Assembly (NCBI GenBank): GCA_002269645.1 | Contig: NIVC01002163.1 | Coordinates: 62,001 to 126,000 of the forward strand | DNA length: 64,000 nucleotides | Reading direction: 5' to 3' | Source of the DNA: Macrostomum lignano | Lineage: Eukaryota | Part shown: positions 12,901-24,417 of the stretch, one piece after another | Layout: each line of letters begins with the position of its first letter | How positions within the stretch are numbered: the stretch's first letter is position 1 | Program-made: the position numbers and the translations under genes | Notes under the pieces: generated by a model | The model's input: only the letters and a program-made list of their open reading frames with translations | Told to the model about the DNA's origin: nothing | The model's database searches: none

Positions 12901-15900
12901 AGACGATTTCAATGTTTTATTTTGACGAAGAGGATTTCTGTTTCGTGGAGAGGATTTCGATGGTGTTCAGTTTCGTGGAAAGGATTTCGATGGTGTTCAG
13001 TTTCACGGAGAGGATTTCGATGATGTTCAGCTTCACGGAGAGGATTTCTGTTTCGCGGAGATAATTTATGATTGATTTCTATTTTATGGAGACGATTTTG
13101 ATGAATTTAAGTTTCAAGGAGAGGATTTCGAAGGAGTCCAGTTTCACGGAGAGGATTTCGATGGTTTTCAGTTGCACGGACAGGATTTCTGCTTCGCGGA
13201 GAGGATCTTGATGGATTTGGCATCTTCAATCAGTCAGAGAAGAGAGTAAAGAGAAGAATGAAAAGAGAAGAGAGATGAGATGAAAGAAAACAGAGTAGAA
13301 ATGAGTGGAGAGATTAGACATGACAGATGGGAGAGAAGAGGGGAGTAAGGCGGGAACAAAGGAGAGAGAAGAGAAGAGGAGAGAGGAGATGAAGGGAGAG
13401 GATATGAGAGAGGAGATATGAGATAGCAGAGAGGAGACAGGAGAGAAAAGAAAGGAGGGATAAGAGCGTACAGAGGCAATAGAAGAGAGGAAAGAGAGGA
13501 GAGAGGTGAGAGGTGAGAGAAGAGAGATGAAAGATCAGAGATCGGAGATTTAAGAGAAGAAAGTAGTGAGGAGAAAGAAGAGGGTAAAGATGAGAGTGCA
13601 GAGAGGAGAGAAACGAGAGGAGACAGGTAGTAGAAAGGAGTGTAAAAAACAGGAGATAAGAAAGGAGAGGGTGAGTGTGAGAGCATATAGGAAAGTGTAA
13701 AAGGGGAGCAGAGGAGAGAGAATAGATAAGTGAGTAGAGAAGAGATATGAGAGAGGAAAGACGAGGGGAGAGAGGAGACAGAAGAGAGTAAATTTGAAAG
13801 ACCTAGGAGAAGAGATAAATAAGATAGTACAGATGAGAGGAGAGAGAGGAGAGATGAGAGATGTAATGAGAAAAGAGATGAGTGAGAAAATAAAAGAGAG
13901 AAGAGATTAGAGATTAGAGAAGAGATGAGGGGAGATGAGAGGAGAGAAGAGAGAATGGAGAGGAGAGAAAAGAGAGGAGAGGAGACAGGTGATGCAGTAG
14001 AAAGGAGGGAAGAAAAATGGGAGATAAGAAAGGAGAGGTTGAGAGCGTATAAGAGATACGAGAAATGAGAGCAGAGAGAAGAGAGAAAAGGGAAGAGAGA
14101 AAGTAGAGCGGAGACGATAGATAAGTGATTAGAGATGAGATATGAGAGAGGAGAGAAAAGGGGAGAGATAAGATAGAAGATAGGAGAGTAGACAGGAGAG
14201 GGTACAGACGAAAGACGAGGGAGAAGAGATAAATAAGGGAGTAGAGATAAATAAGAGAGTAGGGGTAGAGATGAGATGAGAGAGAGGAGAGAGAAGCGAG
14301 TCACGATAATAGCGAAGAGAGGAGAGAGTAGATATGAGAGACGTAAGAGTCTTTGAGCTATGGTCTTTCAAAGATTTTGTAAAGAATTTGGAGACGATTT
14401 GGAAGATGGGATTCAAGACATGGAATTTCAGTTGATGGATAATTCAGGGAATGGAATTCCGGTGATGGGAGTTCTTCCCCTTTCTCCTCCGAAGGAGGAG
14501 TTCCACTCGTCCTAATACTAAAACCGACGCGATGTTTGTCTGTCTGTCTGTCTGTCTGTATGTTGCAAGTGAACTCCTACAATACTGCCAAGTCAGCGTC
14601 GAAACTTATATGGGAAAACTGCAAATTTTCCGGAGCAGGCTTTAAGCTATTTTAATTTTTAATTTTCACATTTTAACATCCCTAAAAACGCAGAAAACTG
14701 CTTTTTTAACCCCCAATAACCTTCTTTGGCCACTCTGACTGGGGCTGCAGCCAGTTTGTAAAAATAGCCACCCCTACCTCCGCCCGCGGGCCGCTGTGTA
14801 TTGAGGGGTGGTGGGTGCGCGTGTTCTGCGTTCAATGCAAATAAAACCCCCCGCGTATTGGGGGTCGAGTTAAATTTAATGCTTCCCCCAGAACGGGGGT
14901 TGGGCTTGGGCTGAGTGTACATAGCAGTTGTACAGTGTAAATAGATAGGACTGTGTCGAGATTCAATTGGTTTTATTATTGGCGCCTTTTTTCTCTCCAT
15001 AGGCTAGATTGACTGACTGACTGTGAAATCAGTTGCGCAATGAATTGATTCAATTAGTTTAATATTTTTATCAGTGCCTTTTAACACGAAGCAGTGCGTA
15101 GTTCTAACCCTAACCCTAACCCTAACCCTAACCAATGAATCCGGAGAGTTGAGTTGTTTGACGGAAAAAATTCGATTGAGTCCAGTTTAGCAGAGACGAT
15201 TTCAATGTTTTAATTTTGACGAAGAGGATTTCTGTTTCGTGGAGAGGATTTCGATGGTGTTCAGTTTCGTGGAGAGGATTTCGATGGTGTTCAGTTTCGT
15301 GGAGAGGATTTCGATGGTGTTCAGTTTCGTGGAGAGGATTTCGATGGTGTTCAGTTTCGTGGAGAGGATTTCAATGGTGTTCAGTTTCGTGGAAAGGATT
15401 TCGATGATGTTCAGTTTCACGGAGAGGATTTCGATGATGTTCAGCTTCACGGAGAGGATTTCTGTTTCGCGGAGATAATTTATGATTGATTTCTGTTTTA
15501 TGGAGACCATTTTGATGGATTTAAGTTTCAAGGAGAGGATTTCGAAGGAGTCCAGTTTCACGGAGAGGATTTCGATGGTTTTCAGTTGCACGGACAGGAT
15601 TTTTCTGCTTCGCGGAGAGGATCTTGATGGATTTGGCATCTTCAATCAGTCAGAGAAGAGAGTAAAGAGAAGAATGAAAAGAGAAGAGAGATGAGATGAT
15701 AGAAAACAGAGTAGAAATGAGTGGAGAGATTAGACATGACAGATGGGAGAGAAGAGGGGAGTAAGGCGGGAACGAAGGAGAGAGAAGAGAAGAGGAGAGA
15801 GGAGATGAAGGGAGAGGATATGAGAGAGGAGATGTGAGATAGCAGAGAGCAGACAGGAGAGAGAAGAAAGGAGGGATAAGAGCGTACAGAGGCAATAGAA

Positions 15901-18900
15901 GAGAGGAAAGAGAGGAGAGAGGTGAGAGGTGAGAGGAGAGAGATGAAAGATCAGAGATCAGAGATTTAAGAGAAGAAAGTAGTGAGGAGAAAGAAGAGGG
16001 TAAAGATGAGAGTGCAGAGAGGAGAGAAACGAGATGAGACAGGTGGTAGAAAGGAGTGTAAAAACAGCAGATAAGAAAGGGGAGGGTGAGAGTGAAAGCA
16101 TATAGGAAAGTGTAAAAGGGGAGCAGAGGAGAGAGAATAGATAAGTGAGTAGAGAAGAGATATGAGAGAGGAAAGACGAGGGGAGAGAGGAGACAGGAGA
16201 GAGTAAATTTGAAAGACCTGGGAGAAGAGATAAATAAGATAGTACAGATGAGAGGAGAGAGAGGAGAGATGAGAGATGCAATGAGAAAAGAGATGAGTGA
16301 GAAAATAAGAGAGAGAAGAGATTAGAGATTAGAGAAGAGATGAGGGGAGATGAGAGGAGAGAAGAGAGAATGGAGAGGAGAGAAAAGAGAGGAGAAGAGA
16401 CAGGTGATGCAGTAGAAAGGAGGGAAGAAAAATGGGAGATAAGAAAGGAGAGGTTGAGAGCGTATAAGAGATACGAGAAATGAGAGCAGAGAGAAGAGAG
16501 AAAAGGGAAGAGAGAAAGTAGAGCGGAGACGATAGATAAGTGATTAGAGATGAGATATGAGAGAGGAGAGAAAAGGGGAGAGATAAGATAGAAGATAGGA
16601 GAGTAAACAGGAGAGGGAGAAGAGAAAGACGAAAGACGAGGGAGAAGAGATAAATAAGGGAGTAGAGATAAATAAGAGAGTAGGGGTAGAGATGAGATGA
16701 GAGAGAGGAGAGAGAAGCGAGTCACGATAATAGCGAAGAGAGGAGAGAGTAGATATGAGAGACGTAAGAGTCTTTGAGCTATGGTCTTTGAAAGGTTTGT
16801 AAAGAATTTGGAGACGATTTGGAAGATGGGATTCAAGACATGGAATTTCAGTTTATGGATAATTCAGGGAATGGAATTCCGGTGATGGGAGTTCTTCCCC
16901 TTTCTCCTCCGAAGGAGGAGTTCCACTCGTCCTAATACTAAAACCGACGCGATGTTTGTCTGTCTGTCTGTCTGTATGTAGCAAGTGAACTCCTACAATT
17001 CTGCCAAGTCAGCGTCGAAACTTATATGGGAAAACTGCAAATTTTCCGGATCAGGCTTTAGGCTATTTTAATTTTTAATTTTCACATTTTAACATCCCTA
17101 AAAAAGCAGAAAACTGCTTTTTTAACCCCCAATAACCTTCTTTGGCCACTCTGCCTGGGGCTGCAGGCCTGCAGCCAGTTTGTAAAAATAGCCACCCCAA
17201 CCTCCGCCCGCGGGCCGCTGTGTATTGAGGGGTGGTGGGTGCGAGTGGAAATAAAACCCCCCGCGTGTTGGGGGGGGGTTCAGTTAAATTTAATGCTTCC
17301 CCCAGAACGGGGGGTTGGGCTTGGGCTGAGTGTACATAGCAGTTGTACAGTGTAAACAGATAGATAGGAGTCAGGACTGTGTCGAGATTCAATTGGTTTT
17401 ATTATTGGCGCCTTTTTTCTCCATGGGCAGCCCTGTGTATTAGTTTGGCAGTGAAATTCAATGAATAAACTTGCGAGCTTCTCTAGCAAGCAGTTGGGAA
17501 ATCGGTAAATTTCAAACGCTAACTGTTCCTCGAGTTTTAAACTTTGAGAGGAGAAACTTATATTGCTGGAAAGATCTTGCAACGCTGAGTTCGGGGATAT
17601 AAGTTGTTTGCTTTAAATATGCAAAGAAAAAGCACCGCATTTAAAAAACTATTTCCATACTTTTAACTTTCTGCAAAAATTGTACTCAGTTTTGCGAGAC
17701 GTAATAGATAAAGTTGGGGGAGGGTTCAACTTCTCACTGCTGCTGTGTATTGGAGGGTTGATTTAGATTGACTGACTGACTGTGAAATCAGTTGCGCAAT
17801 GAATTGATTCAATTAGTTCAATATCTTTATCAGTGCCTTTTAACACGAAGCTGTACGTAGTTCGAACCCTAACCCTAACCCTAACCCTAACCCTAACCAA
17901 TGAATCCGGAGAGTTGAGTTGTTTGACGGAAAAAAATTCGATTGAGTCCAGTTTAGCGGAGACGATTTCAATGTTTTATTTTGACGAAGAGGATTTCTGT
18001 TTCGTGGAGAGGATTTCGATGGTGTTCAGTTTCGTGGAAAGGATTTCGATGGTGTTCAGCTTCACGGAGAGGATTTCTGTTTCGCGGAGATAATTTATGA
18101 TTGATTTCTGTTTTATGGAGACGATATCTGTGATTTTGATGGATTTAAGTTTCAAGGAAATGATTTCGAAGGAGTCCAGTTTCACGGAGAGGATTTCGAT
18201 GGTTTTCAGTTGCACGGACAGGATTTCTGCTTCGCGGAGAGGATCTTGATGGATTTGGCATCTTCAATCAGTCAGAGAAGAGAGTAAAGAGAAGAATGAA
18301 AAGAGAAGAGAGATTAGATGATAGAAAACAGAGTAGAAATGAGTGGAGAGATTAGACATGACAGATTGGAGATGATAGGAGAGAGAATAGATGAGGGATA
18401 AGAGCGTACAGAGGCAATAGAAGAGAGGGGAGAGTAGAGGAGAAAGAAAGAGTGAGATGAGGCATGAGGGATGAGAGATGAGAGAGGAGAGAAGAGAGGA
18501 GAAAACAGGGGATAAAGGAGACAGGAGAGAAAGACGAAAGACGAGGGAGAAGAGATAAATAAGGTGGTAGAGATGAGAGACGTGAGAGGAGAGAAAAGAG
18601 AAGAGAGGAGACAGAAGAATCTGAGTCTGGACAATGGCAGTCAGTTTTTGCGAACAGGGAAAACAAGATATGGTATTTGAAAGGCTTTACAGAGGATTTG
18701 GAGATGATTTGGAAGATGGGATTCAAGTCATGGAATTTCAGCTGATGGATTTCAGGGAATGGAATTCCGGTGATGGGAGTTCTTCCCCTTTCTCCTCCAG
18801 AGGAGGAGTTGGCCTCGTCCTAATACTAAAACTGACGCGATGTTTGTCTGTCTGTATGTTGTAAGTGAACTCCTACAATTCTGCCAAGTCAGCGTCGAAA

Positions 18901-21433
18901 CTTATATGGGAAAACTGCAAATTTTCCGGATCAGGCTTTAGGCTATTTTAATTTTTAATTTTCACATTTTAACATCCCTAAAAAAGCAGAAAACTGCTTT
19001 TTTAACCCCCAATAACCTTCTTTGGCCACTCTGCCTGGGGCTGCAGCCAGTTTGTAAAAATAGCCACCCCAACCTCCGCCCGCGGGCCGCTGTGTATTGA
19101 GGGGTGGTGGGTGCGAGTGGAAATAAAACCCCCCGCGTGTTGGGGGGGGGTTCAGTTAAATTTAATGCTTCCCCCAGAACGGGGGGTTGGGCTTGGGCTG
19201 AGTGTACATAGCAGTTGTACACTGTAAACAGATAGATAGGAATCAGGACTGTGTCGAGATTCAATTGGTTTTATTATTGGCGCCTTTTTTCTCCATAGGC
19301 ATCCCTGTGTATTAGCTTAGCAGTGAAATTCAATGAATTGCGAGCTTCTCTAGCAGCAGTCGGGAAAATCGGTAAATTTCAAACGCTAACTGTTCCTCGA
19401 GTTTTAAACTTTGAGAGAAGAGACTTATATTGCTGGAAAGATCTTGCAACGCTGAGTTCGGGGATATAAGTTGTTTGCTTTAAATATGCAAAGAAAAAGC
19501 ACCGCATTTAAAAAACTATTTCCATACTTTTAACTTTCTGCAAAAATTGTACTCAGTTTTGCGAGACGTAATAGATAAAGTTGGGGGAGGGTTCAACTTC
19601 TCACTGCTGCTGTGTATTGGAGGGTTGATTTAGATTGACTGACTGACTGTGAAATCAGTTGCGCAATGAATTGATTCAATTAGTTCAATATCTTTATCAG
19701 TGCCTTTTAACACGAAGCTGTACGTAGTTCGAACCCTAACCCTAACCCTAACCCTAACCCTAACCAATGAATCCGGAGAGTTGAGTTGTTTGACGGAAAA
19801 AAATTCGATTGAGTCCAGTTTAGCGGAGACGATTTCAATGTTTTATTTTGACGAAGAGGATTTCTGTTTCGTGGAGAGGATTTCGATGGTGTTCAGTTTC
19901 GTGGAAAGGATTTCGATGGTGTTCAGTTTCACGGAGAGGATTTCGATGATGTTCAGCTTCACGGAGAGGATTTCTGTTTCGCGGAGATAATTTATGATTG
20001 ATTTCTATTTTATGGAGACGATTTTGATGAATTTAAGTTTCAAGGAGAGGATTTCGAAGGAGTCCAGTTTCACGGAGAGGATTTCGATGGTTTTCAGTTG
20101 CACGGACAGGATTTCTGCTTCGCGGAGAGGATCTTGATGGATTTGGCATCTTCAATCAGTCAGAGAAGAGAGTAAAGAGAAGAATGAAAAGAGAAGAGAG
20201 ATGAGATGAAAGAAAACAGAGTAGAAATGAGTGGAGAGATTAGACATGACAGATGGGAGAGAAGAGGGGAGTAAGGCGGGAACAAAGGAGAGAGAAGAGA
20301 AGAGGAGAGAGGAGATGAAGGGAGAGGATATGAGAGAGGAGATATGAGATAGCAGAGAGGAGACAGGAGAGAAAAGAAAGGAGGGATAAGAGCGTACAGA
20401 GGCAATAGAAGAGAGGAAAGAGAGGAGAGAGGTGAGAGGTGAGAGAAGAGAGATGAAAGATCAGAGATCGGAGATTTAAGAGAAGAAAGTAGTGAGGAGA
20501 AAGAAGAGGGTAAAGATGAGAGTGCAGAGAGGAGAGAAACGAGAGGAGACAGGTAGTAGAAAGGAGTGTAAAAAACAGGAGATAAGAAAGGAGAGGGTGA
20601 GTGTGAGAGCATATAGGAAAGTGTAAAAGGGGAGCAGAGGAGAGAGAATAGATAAGTGAGTAGAGAAGAGATATGAGAGAGGAAAGACGAGGGGAGAGAG
20701 GAGACAGAAGAGAGTAAATTTGAAAGACCTAGGAGAAGAGATAAATAAGATAGTACAGATGAGAGGAGAGAGAGGAGAGATGAGAGATGTAATGAGAAAA
20801 GAGATGAGTGAGAAAATAAAAGAGAGAAGAGATTAGAGATTAGAGAAGAGATGAGGGGAGATGAGAGGAGAGAAGAGAGAATGGAGAGGAGAGAAAAGAG
20901 AGGAGAGGAGACAGGTGATGCAGTAGAAAGGAGGGAAGAAAAATGGGAGATAAGAAAGGAGAGGTTGAGAGCGTATAAGAGATACGAGAAATGAGAGCAG
21001 AGAGAAGAGAGAAAAGGGAAGAGAGAAAGTAGAGCGGAGACGATAGATAAGTGATTAGAGATGAGATATGAGAGAGGAGAGAAAAGGGGAGAGATAAGAT
21101 AGAAGATAGGAGAGTAGACAGGAGAGGGTACAGACGAAAGACGAGGGAGAAGAGATAAATAAGGGAGTAGAGATAAATAAGAGAGTAGGGGTAGAGATGA
21201 GATGAGAGAGAGGAGAGAGAAGCGAGTCACGATAATAGCGAAGAGAGGAGAGAGTAGATATGAGAGACGTAAGAGTCTTTGAGCTATGGTCTTTCAAAGA
21301 TTTTGTAAAGAATTTGGAGACGATTTGGAAGATGGGATTCAAGACATGGAATTTCAGTTGATGGATAATTCAGGGAATGGAATTCCGGTGATGGGAGTTC
21401 TTCCCCTTTCTCCTCCGAAGGAGGAGTTCCACT
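9962..21433 (+). mobile_element. Head-to-tail tandem array of five non-autonomous Helitron-like units
   Basis: Units start at ~10004, 11896, 14510, 16930 and 18818, plus a 5' stub at 9962 inserted after an A. Each starts TCCTAATACTAAAAC followed by a (TGTC)n tract and ends with the hairpin CTCCTCC-nnn-GGAGGAG, 5 nt, then CTCG (the fifth unit stops at CT). TC 5' end, subterminal hairpin and no TIR/TSD are Helitron hallmarks. No RepHel coding sequence is seen. Confidence 0.7.
10946..10977. repeat. Interstitial telomeric tract (CCCTAA)5, with sister copies at 12809, 15108, 17867 and 19734
   Basis: Perfect CCCTAA repeats at the same position in each Helitron-like unit. Confidence 0.95.
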
Positions 21434-23386
21434 TCTAACTATAAAAATCAAAACTCTGTCTGTCTGTCTGTCTGTCTGTCTGTGTGTGGACAATTTTGAT
21501 CGCTATGGACTCCCAAACCACTCAACCAAATTACACCAAACTTTACACCCACCCTAAACTCACTACGGAGAATGTCTTAGGCTACCTTTTAATTTCCTAG
21601 ACTCAAGTCTTCCTACCTAAAAGTACAAAAAACTGCTTAAAATGCGCGATTTTTTCACTTAATCCTCCATAGCGCCGCTCCACTTCTACCGATTCTCTTC
21701 AAATTTGACACAGGCAATTTTCAACTATTTTGTCACAATCGTGTAAAATTTCAAATCTCAAAGTTAATCCTGAAAGCCGCTGTGCACTTTTAAAGTTAGG
21801 CTGTTTTTTTCAGCGTAGCAACCACCCCAACCTCCGCCCGCCTGCCTCTCTTTCCCGATCTGGGCCCAGATGTGTAAAAGGGTTTCAAAATTGACTAACT
21901 TTCAGCTGCCATAAGTTTTCTCCACGTAAAGCGATTGACTTCAAACTTGACACAATTCTTCATTGACTCATTCTCTATCTAAATGTAAAGTTTCAACTCT
22001 GTAACTCAACCGAAAAAGAAACTGTAAGCATGTGAAGTTTGTCTGCTTTTTCTGTTGTTTGTGCCACTCACTCACTCATTCCCCCAGAGCCAGACGAAGG
22101 GTCAGGCAATAGGACTGAATGTACATAGCGAATGTACAGTGTTTTGGAATAACTTTTTAATAGCCTTCTCTGCACCCCCAGAGTGGATAGGCTACGTTTA
22201 GCCATGACAGTTTAGTGAGAAATTCTAACCACTGCCCTCCTCTCTGTATTGGCAAACTCTGCAGCAGTTTAACAGTGGATGGCAATTGGCAATTGGCAAA
22301 TCGAGGGAATCCACTAACCAGCATGGTTTGTAAAAGCGAAAGATTTATGAAAAGGCGATGCGATGCAATGAAATACATACAATCCTACTAAATTAGGCAC
22401 ACCATGGAAATTTTAGGTTTCGTTTAAAGGTACCGTGTAAATTTTAAATGGCCTTCTAAGAAATGCGTATTTCCTTGGTTGTTAGACTGATGCAGACTGC
22501 AGTGGAGCTGAAGATACCCAAATTCCTTTCAGGGCTGCAAATTTGCAAGAAAAATGACTGACGTGATCAAAGCATGATAACAACCATGAGAGTACTACGT
22601 CTCACAAACTGGCTTTCCAAGCAGGGATGGGCAGACTTTTACCTCAAAGGCCAGATAAAGAATCCAGCTCATGGCTGAGGGGCAGATGAGAGTGGAAAGA
22701 AGAAGGAATAGACGATTCGAAGAGAAGAGAAGCGAAAGAGGGGATAAAAGAAAAGATAAAAGATAATAGGAGAGATGAGGGGGTGATGACGATGAGAGAG
22801 AGGGAGAGAAGAGGGGAGAGAGGAAAAGCGAGAGTAGAGAGTAGAGATGAGAGAGCAGAGAGCTGCAGATGAGAGGAGAGAGGAGACAGCAGAGAGGAGA
22901 GCAGAGAGGAAACAGGTGAAAGAAGAGATGAGAGAGTACAGGGAAGAGAGAAGAGATAAAGATACATCTCTACATCTCTAAGGTTGTAGAGATGAGAGGT
23001 GGAAGGAGAGATGAGAGATGAGAGATAACGGATAGAGGAGAGTGGAGTGAGAGAAGAGAGGGAGACAGAGTATAGAAAAGGGAAGAGAAGAGAAAAGAAG
23101 AAAGGAGAAAGGAAAGTGAGGAGTCAAAAGAGGGGAAAGAAAAAGAGTACAGAGGAGAGAGGTGAGAGAACATATAAGACAGAGATGCCAGATTAAAGAG
23201 GGGATGAGAGAGCAGAGACGAGAGTGAACAGATAAAAGATGGGAGAGTAGAGAGAACAGAGGAGAGGTTACAGAGACGAGAGGAGAGAGGAGAGAGGAGA
23301 GACAAAAGTAGAGAAGTGAGTGAGGAGAGAGGAGAGGAAATAGGAGAATGGAGAGGGGAGAGAGTAGAGAGAGGAGGAGAGATAAC

Positions 23387-23474
<88 letters not shown>

Positions 23475-24159
23475 AGCAGAGAGAAATGAGAAGAGATAAG
23501 AGAGAAAAGATAAAAGAAGAGAAAGGAAAGATGAGAGAGCAAAGACGAGAGAGAAAAGAGGTGTGGGAAGAGACGAGAGAAGAGGGGAGAGATGAGAGAG
23601 TAGAGGAGAGAGTTAAGAGAAGAGAGAAAAGAATAGAAAGGAGAAGGAAGATAAGAGAGAAGAGGGGGTGAGAGGAGAGAGGAGAGGGGGAGAGAGGAGA
23701 GGAGAGAGGAGAGGAGAGAGAAAAGAAGAGACAAGAGATGAGATAAGAGAGATGAAAGAGAAGAGAGATGAGGGAAGATACGAGAGAAGAGGGGAGAGAG
23801 GAGAGAGGAGAGAGCCTCAGAGAGGAGAGACGAGGGACGAGAAAGATGAGAGGAAACAAAGAGACGATAGAAATTTTAAAGGATCCAAGGGACGTAGGGA
23901 GAGTCAGGGAGAGACCAGAGTTTAGCAATATATGTTTTAGAGTCAGACAGACATTGCCTGACATTCTGCGCAGTACCCCAGCCAACAATGTCTCAAACCC
24001 TAATTTTACACGAATGTGCTCCATTTTATGTCTACCTCTATCCTACTAACTATTAACAAGTTTTTGTTTGTGTATGGCCTTAGATTTCAGAATACATGCA
24101 AAAGTAGTTCCGGGTATTGGAATTCCCCGGGTTCAAAATCCGCGGGTTTCAACAGCTTG
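21434..24159 (+). mobile_element. Second, diverged Helitron-like non-autonomous element
   Basis: Starts TCTAACTATAAAAATC + (TGTC)n. Shares the motifs ACCACCCCAACCTCCGCCCGC and TGTACATAGC..TGTACAGTG and an AG-rich tract with the array units. The 3' end (CAGCTTG|T near 24159) is tentative. Confidence 0.45.
23392..23468. repeat. (AG)n microsatellite within a purine-rich tract
   Basis: Directly visible. Confidence 0.95.
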
Positions 24160-24195
24160 TCTCGTATAAACTGTAGAATTTTAAAGTACGCTACA

Positions 24196-24297
24196 AAACC
24201 ATAGACATAAAGACTTTACGGGATATTATTGAATATTACCAAATAAAATCCCGGAGAACTCAAATATTGTCACGGAAAGTCTTTATTTCTATGGTTT
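24196..24297. mobile_element. ~102-bp MITE with ~38-bp imperfect TIRs
   Basis: AAACCATAGACATAAAGACTTTACGGGATATTATTGAA versus reverse complement of right end AAACCATAGAAATAAAGACTTTCCGTGACAATATTTGAG. Confidence 0.65.
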
Positions 24298-24417
24298 ATA
24301 TATGTATACTCAATGAAGACACTATTTTTTATAAAAATATACGTACTTATACACATAGGTTTATTATGAGTACCTAACAAGAGTATGCAAATGTAATCCT
24401 CCACACACACACAGGCA

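Noticed and set aside
10946-19763. Chromosome end or telomere fusion suggested by CCCTAA tracts
   Set aside because: Only 4-5 repeats each, all in the same orientation, embedded in repeated elements with genes on both sides
11343-24024. Long Leu/Ser-rich (- strand) and Glu/Arg-rich (+ strand) ORFs
   Set aside because: Artefacts of polypurine tracts lacking stop codons; duplicated with the repeat units and without domain motifs
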